64,000 nucleotides of DNA. Origin: Acidobacteriota bacterium. Its GTDB lineage: Bacteria > Acidobacteriota > UBA6911. A program made the translations under genes and the position numbers. Position 1 is the stretch's first letter. Each line of letters starts with the position of its first letter. Below, piece after piece: positions 56,779-64,000 of the stretch. The notes beneath the pieces were generated by a model. That model made no database searches. It worked only from the letters and a program-made list of their open reading frames with translations, and was not told the origin of the DNA. The DNA lies in contig OY761556.1 in the NCBI GenBank assembly GCA_963664705.1, forward strand, positions 4,064,001-4,128,000, given 5' to 3'.

Positions 56779-59523
56779 ATGTCTAAAAAATCTGTTCTCC
56801 TTTTGGGATGTTCTGTCGCGGTTCTGATGGGGTGGCTTCTTTACCGAACTGCGCACAAGTCCTCGGGGCCCGTTTCACAAACCTCTCCGGTCCCTGCCAC
56901 GGATCAAGTTCCGAATCCGATGACAGCGGCCGATCCGCTTCTGGAGAAAGCCCTGGGCATCGTCGGCCGTTATCGCAAAATGATCGTGCTTCTGGAAGGC
57001 ACGGATTCTCCCTCCGACGTACAATCCGACCAGGCATCGCTTGTTGGCCGGATTATCTTCCAGGAAAACCATGCGGCCATCTCCAGCCTTTCCGCCGAAC
57101 TGACAACGGAAATCGAAGGTGCGGGCGATTTCTCGAAACCGCTTATCCACATCAACCATTTTCTCGATCTCGTCGAAAACAAACCGGACTTCCACGACGC
57201 CGACAAGCTCAGCTTCCGTGACCTGCTCTCCGACCTGGCAGACTCCTTGTCCGGCCTTCGCAGTTCCGCACCTCTGAAGGCGGAACTGGAAGCCCGCGTG
57301 GACACCGATCGAAAAGCGCTCGCGGAGATTCAGTCTCTTTATGAAAAGGAACTCGACAAGATATTCGGCCGTTTTGAAACACGCGGAATAGTCGTGCGGC
57401 GCGAAGCCTGGGAGCAGTATATCGCGTATTTGCGTACGAAATACAAACGCCAGGATATCCTGAAAGAGTATGAAACGCAGGCGGGACGTATCCAATCAAT
57501 CGGGAAACAAAGTGAAACGCGGCGAGATTCCGATCTCGAGATCTTCGGAACCAGGCTGCCCCCAAAGACATTTGTCCTGACCTTTGATGATGGGCCGCAT
57601 CCGCGATATACCGATCGCATTCTGGATGTGCTGAACAAATACCAGGTAAAATCGGTATTCTTCGAGCTCGGCACAAATCTCGCTTCTCTGAAACACAACA
57701 GAATTCAGTCTACACGCGCGGCAACGGCTGCACGGCACGTCGTGGAATCGGGCTTTGCCGTCGGAAGTCATGGATTCTCCCACGCTCTGCTGCCCAAGAT
57801 GAGCGATGCTGAAATTGCAACAGAGATCGACCAGACGAACCGTCTGCTGGAGTCTGTTGTGAATGTGCGGGCGGTGCTCTTCCGTCCGCCGTATGGCAGC
57901 CAGAACACCAAGGTGCTGGCTGCCGTCGAGGCTCACCGCATGAAGTCGGTGATGTGGAATGTCGACTCGAAGGACTGGGCCGATCCAATCGCCAAATCCA
58001 TTGCGAACCGGGTGATCGGAGATGCCCGAAAACTCAATCATGGCATCATCCTTCTGCACGACATTCACGAAAGAACCATCGACGCGCTGCCCCTGATCAT
58101 TGAAACGCTTAAGAACGACGGCTATCAGTTCTTTGCCTGGGACGGCCACACATTCGCCGGCGATTCCGTTCAGTCCGAGCAGGCCTCCGCAGGCGCCGCT
58201 TTGCCTCCAGCGACGCTTTATCGCGAAAGCTGGGCGGTGGTAATCGGAATTGACAATTACCTGAAGTGGCCGAAGCTTCACTACGCCGTCAACGACGCCA
58301 ACGGGATCAAGGAAATCCTTGCACGCCGGTATCATTTTCGGCCCGATCACATCATTTCGTTGATCAACGAAGAGGCGACGCGGGAAAAGATACTGTCCGT
58401 TCTCGGCGACACGTTGTCCAATCCGAAAGCGGTTCAGCGCGAAGACCGTGTCTTCGTCTTCTTTGCGGGGCATGGGGTGACGCGGCGATTATCCAGTGGG
58501 CGCGATCTGGGCTATATCGTTCCTTATGAAGCCGACTCGGAAAATTTCCAGGGCCAGTCGATTTCGATGACCAATTTTCAGGACATCTCCGAATCGATTC
58601 CGGCCAAGCATGTGTTTTTCGTCATGGATTCCTGCTACAGCGGTCTCGCCATCACGCGAGGCCAAGCCGTCAACAACTACATACGCGAAGTATCAAAGCG
58701 CGCGGCACGGCAAATGTTAACCGCCGGCGGCGCCAATGAAGAAGTCGCAGACAACGGGCCCAACGGCCATTCCGTTTTCACCTGGACAGTCCTGCAGGGC
58801 CTTGAAGGACGGGCGGACCTGAATTCGGATGGCTTTATCAGCGCGGCAGAATTGGCTTCCTATGTTGGCCCGGGCGTCTCGGCACTGTCGCTCCAGACAC
58901 CCGCGTTTGGCAATCTTCCGGGCAGCGAGGGGGGTGAATTCATATTCGAGCTGCGGGCCGAGGCGGAGGCGCTCAGCGATCTTTCCACCCAGCTCGATCA
59001 GGAGGCAATTCGACTTAATGCAGAACTGGACCGCGTTCGCAAAGAGATCGCGGCTAAAACAGCTCGCAACGAAAAACTGAAAGAGCAGCTCGCCGCCGCC
59101 ATGTCGGAGCAGAGCAAGATCTCCGGCATTCCACCCGCTACAACAAAGGTTGTGGATACAGCCGCGCGCCATCTGGACATGGGCGACCGGCTGTTCAAGG
59201 AAAAACATTACAATGAGGCGCTGGAAGAATTTTTGGCAGCGGCGAAAATGGAGCCTAAAAACGCATTGGCTTCAAACAACGTCGGCTATTTATACTATCG
59301 CCTCGGCAAATATGAGGACGCCATTTCCTGGTATCAGAAGACGATTCAAGTCGATCCACGCCGGGCCATCGCCTATGCCAACCTCGGCGACCTGTATTAC
59401 AAACTGGAGCGAATGGCCGATGCGCGGCCCATTTATGAAAAGTACCTCGAACTGGATCCCAACAACCGATATGCCGCCACGGTACGGTCACGGCTGGCGT
59501 CCCATCAGCCAACGGATAAATGA
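56779..59523 (+). CDS. Membrane-anchored polysaccharide deacetylase - caspase (C14) - coiled-coil - TPR fusion
   Basis: LTFDDGP, HGFSH, RPPYG, DSKDW, LLHD (CE4); AVVIGI..Y, FFAGHG, MDSCYSG (caspase dyad); C-terminal TPRs. Confidence 0.9.
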   Translation: MSKKSVLLLGCSVAVLMGWLLYRTAHKSSGPVSQTSPVPATDQVPNPMTAADPLLEKALGIVGRYRKMIVLLEGTDSPSDVQSDQASLVGRIIFQENHAAISSLSAELTTEIEGAGDFSKPLIHINHFLDLVENKPDFHDADKLSFRDLLSDLADSLSGLRSSAPLKAELEARVDTDRKALAEIQSLYEKELDKIFGRFETRGIVVRREAWEQYIAYLRTKYKRQDILKEYETQAGRIQSIGKQSETRRDSDLEIFGTRLPPKTFVLTFDDGPHPRYTDRILDVLNKYQVKSVFFELGTNLASLKHNRIQSTRAATAARHVVESGFAVGSHGFSHALLPKMSDAEIATEIDQTNRLLESVVNVRAVLFRPPYGSQNTKVLAAVEAHRMKSVMWNVDSKDWADPIAKSIANRVIGDARKLNHGIILLHDIHERTIDALPLIIETLKNDGYQFFAWDGHTFAGDSVQSEQASAGAALPPATLYRESWAVVIGIDNYLKWPKLHYAVNDANGIKEILARRYHFRPDHIISLINEEATREKILSVLGDTLSNPKAVQREDRVFVFFAGHGVTRRLSSGRDLGYIVPYEADSENFQGQSISMTNFQDISESIPAKHVFFVMDSCYSGLAITRGQAVNNYIREVSKRAARQMLTAGGANEEVADNGPNGHSVFTWTVLQGLEGRADLNSDGFISAAELASYVGPGVSALSLQTPAFGNLPGSEGGEFIFELRAEAEALSDLSTQLDQEAIRLNAELDRVRKEIAAKTARNEKLKEQLAAAMSEQSKISGIPPATTKVVDTAARHLDMGDRLFKEKHYNEALEEFLAAAKMEPKNALASNNVGYLYYRLGKYEDAISWYQKTIQVDPRRAIAYANLGDLYYKLERMADARPIYEKYLELDPNNRYAATVRSRLASHQPTDK

Positions 59524-59555
59524 TTCAATCGGAGATCGGGTAGCGGTCGGAGCCA

Positions 59556-60797
59556 TTATCGGAATTTCGCGAGGAAAATTGCGATCACGCTGATTGCGGA
59601 CACCGGGACCAATACATATCCGGCCCCCGTCCAACCGATTGACTCGACAAATCGGCCAAACAGGATTGGCCCGATGAACATGCCCAGGTTTTGTCCCATG
59701 GCCAGCACAGCCATGCCCAATCCGGCCGACTGCCTCGACACCATGATCTCGGGCACCGCCGCGAATGTCGCGGGGACAATTGTCCCTGCGATAGTGCCCA
59801 ACGCAAAAGTCAGGACCGGAATCATCCATCCCGTCGCAATAAAAGCGAACATGCATATCACAGATAGAATGATCGAAGAGACGATAATCAGATGCCTGCG
59901 CATTCCAAGTCGATCCGAGAGATAGCCGCCCAGCGGCTGCGAAAAGACAGCTGCAATGGTGCACAGGCTGAATGTAAACGATGCCGCCGGCAAACTATAA
60001 TTGCGGGTGGTATTCAAGAAGGTCGGATAATAAGTATTCAAGGCAAAGCAGATCAGGTTAAAACACATAAACTGCAAGGCAATCAGCCAGAGGCCGGCAT
60101 TTGCCATTGCCTTTCCGTAGGCTGGAGGCACTTCATGTTCAGGCTTTGCTTCGCTTGATAGAGGCTTTGCACCGGCCTCTTCCGGTTTCGGCATTCGAAA
60201 GAAAACCCAAAACAGAACAAATGCCGCCAGTGAAGAGGCCGCGCCCACTTTCCAGATGAATTGCCAGCCGCCCAGTTCCGCCATCCAGGGGGCCAGATTA
60301 AACATGATGATGCTTCCCACCGGCATACACGTCGTCCACAATCCCAGTGGAGTGCCACGCATTTCTGCTGGGAACCAGATGGAGATTGCGGCCGGAGCCA
60401 TGATGGTTATTAACCCGATTCCAGCCCCTTCTATGAAACGGGTGGCCAGCATTGCATTTGGCGTGCTGCAAAACACTCCGAGGCCCGACCCGATAAATAC
60501 GGCACCGACGGCAATCAGGCCGGTTATTTTGAGCCCCAGCCGCTGCAGAATAAAACCTGCCGGAAGCGCCAACAGAAAGCCTGTTAAGGAAAATACCGAC
60601 ATCAACATACCGGCATTGCTCAAGCTCAGGTTGAACGCGCGGATCAGAATCGGCAGCACCGGAGGCACTTTGAACTGGTTGAGCGCCGATGCCAGGCTGG
60701 CCAGGTAAAGAACCGCCATAATAACCCACGCATAAGCAGAGGGCTTTTCAACCGATCTTGGAACAGATGAAACCGCTGCATCCGTCGTGATTCCCAT
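59556..60797 (-). CDS. MFS transporter
   Basis: NQFKVPP, RFIEG.G.G, WFP...RG..LG, GYLSDRLG.RR. Confidence 0.9.
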   Translation of the reverse strand: MGITTDAAVSSVPRSVEKPSAYAWVIMAVLYLASLASALNQFKVPPVLPILIRAFNLSLSNAGMLMSVFSLTGFLLALPAGFILQRLGLKITGLIAVGAVFIGSGLGVFCSTPNAMLATRFIEGAGIGLITIMAPAAISIWFPAEMRGTPLGLWTTCMPVGSIIMFNLAPWMAELGGWQFIWKVGAASSLAAFVLFWVFFRMPKPEEAGAKPLSSEAKPEHEVPPAYGKAMANAGLWLIALQFMCFNLICFALNTYYPTFLNTTRNYSLPAASFTFSLCTIAAVFSQPLGGYLSDRLGMRRHLIIVSSIILSVICMFAFIATGWMIPVLTFALGTIAGTIVPATFAAVPEIMVSRQSAGLGMAVLAMGQNLGMFIGPILFGRFVESIGWTGAGYVLVPVSAISVIAIFLAKFR

Positions 60798-61040
60798 TTC
60801 AGCCGCTTTCCTGGAATATTGTCTTGTCCTGGGTTGACACCGAAAAAAGGCAGCACTCGAAATTCACGCCTATTCTAATGAAATCGCGGATTATTCCATA
60901 GGATAGATTTGGCAATGGCTCAGCCCAATGGAGGCCTGCCCAGGCATGAACACACGGAGGCACGGAATGACTGGTGCCGCCGGTAGTGTGCACTATCGGG
61001 ATGACTGCGGGCTAATTGCGATATGCGAATATTTTCCGCG

Positions 61041-61241
61041 CTATTTGTATTCCAAAATATCGCCGGGCTGACACTCCAACGCTTTGCAAATCCCCTCCAG
61101 AGTCGACAGCCGGATCGCTTTTGCCTTGCCATTCTTCAGCACGGAAATATTTGCCATCGTGATACCGACCTTCTCGGCAAGCTCGGTTACGCTCATCTTC
61201 CGCTTCGCCAAAATGACGTCGATGTTAATGATGATTGCCAT
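61041..61241 (-). CDS. XRE-family (YozG-like, Cro/C1 HTH) transcriptional regulator
   Basis: MAIIINIDV.LAKRKMS.TELA..VGIT.AN.S.LKNGKAKAIR.STL..IC.AL.CQPGDILEY. Confidence 0.93.
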   Translation of the reverse strand: MAIIINIDVILAKRKMSVTELAEKVGITMANISVLKNGKAKAIRLSTLEGICKALECQPGDILEYK

Positions 61242-61251
61242 GCGGGTCTCG

Positions 61252-61728
61252 CTATATCGTTAAGTCGTTTTCGGACTTTATATCCAGGGCGCTTTGCAAA
61301 AGTCTCTCAAACACAGCCGCGGCAGCGGCAATCACGGAAGAGGCAAAAGTCGTGATAATACCCATGAAAATGGCAGGCGGCTTCTCTTCGGGATCGTTTA
61401 GCAAGAGGCCGGCTACGCCCACGATGATAAAACCAACCGTGGCCATCGCGCAGTATTTAATAATCCGCAAGGCTCTCACAGACCGTTGTGTAAATACCTC
61501 ATTGCGTCCTATATACCCCAACAGTTTGAATGCTTGATAGAGCGCCGCGAAAAAGGGAATAGAGGCTATATACGCGTATGCCAAAAACGGATCTTTGAAG
61601 TAAATCTCAAAGTTCGTGGCGTGCGCATTCCTGCCCTCAATGCGAGGCTCCCCAAGGAGGACGGCAAGACCGGCAATACCGATGAGCACGACTACTATCT
61701 GAAGAAATATCGTTGGGCTTCGTTTCAT
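61252..61728 (-). CDS. DUF2975 family membrane protein
   Basis: YQAFKLL.YI....FT..SV.AL..IKYCA and terminal IKSENDLTI; canonical partner of the YozG-like HTH. Confidence 0.9.
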   Translation of the reverse strand: MKRSPTIFLQIVVVLIGIAGLAVLLGEPRIEGRNAHATNFEIYFKDPFLAYAYIASIPFFAALYQAFKLLGYIGRNEVFTQRSVRALRIIKYCAMATVGFIIVGVAGLLLNDPEEKPPAIFMGIITTFASSVIAAAAAVFERLLQSALDIKSENDLTI

Positions 61729-61903
61729 AATGCCTGCACTCCGATTACGCGCGTATGGTTATTCAATATTACATCAGACCACTGGCGTAGAATCGGCTCC
61801 CCACCGGGTCTAATGAACACCCTGGATAATGAGCGGCTATTTTTCCTTCGTGAAAACCTGGTCCCCCTTGGCTCGCTTGATCGTCAAGAGTCTTAATGGT
61901 TGT

Positions 61904-61958
61904 ATCCTAGCTTACACATTATCGTTTATCAATATATATTTATCGTTTATCAATATAT
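61904..61958 (-). promoter_or_regulatory. Promoter and tandem operator of the DUF2975-HTH operon
   Basis: Direct repeat TTATCGTTTATCAATATAT at 61919-61937 and 61940-61958, overlapping TTGATA-17 bp-TAGGAT on the minus strand. Confidence 0.7.
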
Positions 61959-62217
61959 CGCAAGAACGAATCTGAAGCTGGCGGCGCCAAAGCTCCGCCG
62001 ACATATGACGAAGGCCTGGAATGAAGCGGGGTCCACTGGAATACCGATGTCTCGATGCTGGATGATATTTGCTCAAGGAGCAAGGAATCGCGATGCATAT
62101 CCGGCCCGGAGGGGCGATCAGAAAGTAGACATAATGGAGTGATCGGTCTCTAGCATGTAATATCGTGGGTTACAGCTGAAGTCGCGGTGACAGAAGCTGC
62201 AGAGCCATAAAACATGA

Positions 62218-62456
62218 GGGGTGAAGCGCAGCGGACCCCTGGATTGGATTAGGCCGGCAAATAACCCTGAAGGGGCGGCAGAATGCCGATCTTTCGCCCT
62301 TTCAAAGCCCTTTCCCACGCTTATCTTTACCAGGGGTTCGCTGCGCTTCACCCCTGGCTGCTCGCTTTCGGCCCTCCGGGCCTGGTGCTTCCCTCGCGTC
62401 GCAGGGCTCAGAACAAATAGTATGCGGCATTGGCCGGGACGGGACGTTCCCAGTGG
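62218..62456. repeat. Composite repeat copy D: inverted REP doublet plus end motif
   Basis: GGGGTGAAGCGCAGCGGACCCCTGG / CCAGGGGTTCGCTGCGCTTCACCCC; a 37-bp block nearly identical to copy C; AAATAGTATGCGGCATTGGCC..TTCCCAGTGG. Confidence 0.8.
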
Positions 62457-62491
62457 GATATCGCTAATCAGCCACGGCAAGGGCTGTCTGG

Positions 62492-62704
62492 TTAGGATGC
62501 AGGATTGGATTCCTCAAGAGGCTCAAGCTCGCTCGGCCTTGCGGCTCGAACTGTCCTGTCGGGAAGTTTGATCTTATAGATTATTCGCATTTGGCCCGGG
62601 GCGCGAAAGCGCTCTACGCCCAATACTGTTACCGGGGTTCCGGTGACAGTAAACCGTACGTTGTCACCGACCTTGAACTCCGCCTGACCTTGAACTTTAT
62701 CCAC
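62492..62704 (-). CDS. Small hypothetical protein, SH3/KOW-like
   Basis: GTG start after AGAGG; FKVGDNVR..VTGTPVTVLGV...YKIKL....SELE. Confidence 0.55.
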   Translation of the reverse strand: MDKVQGQAEFKVGDNVRFTVTGTPVTVLGVERFRAPGQMRIIYKIKLPDRTVRAARPSELEPLEESNPAS

Positions 62705-63054
62705 AGCTAAAACCTCTCTGGTAAGGAGGGGTAACCTAACCGAAATGCGCTGCGCGCGCAACAATAATATAGGCCTGTCGCCCCCCCGCATTCTCAAGTC
62801 TTCACTGTGCCATTATCAGCGGATAGGATCAAGTCTCAGGCAACATTTCCGGTTACCCCTGCATGGTATCCGCAATGCCTGGCAGGAATGCCTGAGTCTG
62901 TTAATAGTCTGTATGCCCGGCTGCGGTAATCACTAATGCAGGAACCTGCATAACCCCCATTGCTTTTGGCTGTGATAGTTCGTATAAATAGGAATATTGT
63001 TCCAGACGGTTTTCATCGCGACAGGCCTGCTTTCGACATCGAGGAGATCCTCTC

Positions 63055-64000
63055 ATGATTGGAAAAATGCATGCGCATGTTCAAACCAGAAAAAGCAAAG
63101 TAATCGGGACACTATTTCTGAGCGCGATCGCTTTAGCCGCAATCTCGATTCAGTGGTCTCATTCAGCACCAGCGCGTTCCGTACCGCTTACGGTAACTAA
63201 ACTGACCGACAGCAATGACGGTGCATGCGATTCCGATTGCTCGTTGCGCGAAGCGCTTGCAGCCGCCGCATCCGGTGATGTCATTGTTTTCGCACCCGGC
63301 TTAAGAGGAACGATCACGCTGGGTGAGACATTAATGATTCTCAGAGATGTAACAATTCACGGGCCGCGGACCAAAGATGTCATAATCAGCGGCAATGAAG
63401 CTGTGCGCGCCTTCTACATCAATCCCGGAGTCAAATTTACGCTGAGCAACCTTGTTATCACAAAGTGCCGTAACATCGGAATGTTTGAAGCAAGCCCACA
63501 AACTCCTCCGCTCGTTCAGGGTGGCGGCCGGGCCGTTGGAGGAGGCCTATACAACAATCAGGGTATTGTGACCGTTGTCAACTGCACGTTTTCGGACAAT
63601 CGGGTGATCGGAGGACACGCAGGGACCGGCCCCCACTATGGCGGAACGACGGGCGGGGATGGATATGGCGGTGCAATATACAGCAGCGGAAGCATCGATA
63701 TTGTCGGAAGCACATTCTCGGGAAATCAAGCTCTAGGCGGGAAGCCGATCGAGCACGAGTCTGGCGGGCATGGTTTGGGAGGCGCGCTGTATACCAAAGG
63801 GAAAGGGGTTATCTCCAACAGCACTTTTTTTGGAAATTCTGCTGTGGGCGGAGTAGGAAGGAGAGGAAACTATCCCGGGGGCAACGGCAATGGGGGAGCG
63901 GTGTATGCCACAGCGGAGCTTCAAGTGGTCAACAGCACATTTTCCGGGAATCAAGCGAAAGGCGGCTCGGGCGGCATGACGGGATTTCCCGTTTTTGCAG
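63055..64000 (+). CDS. CSLREA-domain secreted beta-helix protein, 3'-truncated by window edge
   Basis: Not in the ORF track because there is no stop. GAGGAG RBS, MIGKMH... signal peptide, TVTKLTDSNDGACDSDCSLREALAAA, then GG(A/G)xY / (S/C)TFxxN repeats. Confidence 0.88.
   Translation, partial: MIGKMHAHVQTRKSKVIGTLFLSAIALAAISIQWSHSAPARSVPLTVTKLTDSNDGACDSDCSLREALAAAASGDVIVFAPGLRGTITLGETLMILRDVTIHGPRTKDVIISGNEAVRAFYINPGVKFTLSNLVITKCRNIGMFEASPQTPPLVQGGGRAVGGGLYNNQGIVTVVNCTFSDNRVIGGHAGTGPHYGGTTGGDGYGGAIYSSGSIDIVGSTFSGNQALGGKPIEHESGGHGLGGALYTKGKGVISNSTFFGNSAVGGVGRRGNYPGGNGNGGAVYATAELQVVNSTFSGNQAKGGSGGMTGFPVFA

Noticed and set aside
62835-62896. Stem CTCAGGCA/TGCCTGAG upstream of the CSLREA gene as a riboswitch
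   Set aside because: Only an 8-bp stem, and no c-di-GMP or other aptamer consensus recognised.

Overview
This is a bacterial chromosomal segment with about 55 genes and no rRNA, tRNA, CRISPR array, transposase or prophage recognisable by eye. A TIGR03435-like + TonB/Oar-like + VWA gene trio and several secreted-protein families point to Acidobacteriota (inference). An AprA/AprB-like pair, two UroD-family paralogues, a B12 radical SAM and a ferritin-like protein suggest an anaerobic lifestyle. Housekeeping-type content includes amt-glnK behind a near-consensus sigma54 promoter, nudC, a dus gene, four MFS transporters, an HDOD response regulator/PAS kinase pair and a DUF2975/XRE pair with its operator. 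The most unusual signals are: (1) a family of nested non-coding repeats, in which 20-bp IS4-like inverted ends sit inside REP-like palindromes and are tied to TCTGGAA heptamer arrays; (2) a GT4-GT4-GT-D-like operon facing a Ser/Thr-rich Fn3/Ig/LamG surface protein and a membrane-spanning PilZ protein; (3) a GH25-like gene coupled to a deacetylase-caspase-TPR fusion; (4) a radical SAM/SPASM-like protein with a non-canonical Cys/His motif next to a GT2; (5) five secreted NTF2-like proteins. All calls come from motif reading, not database searches.
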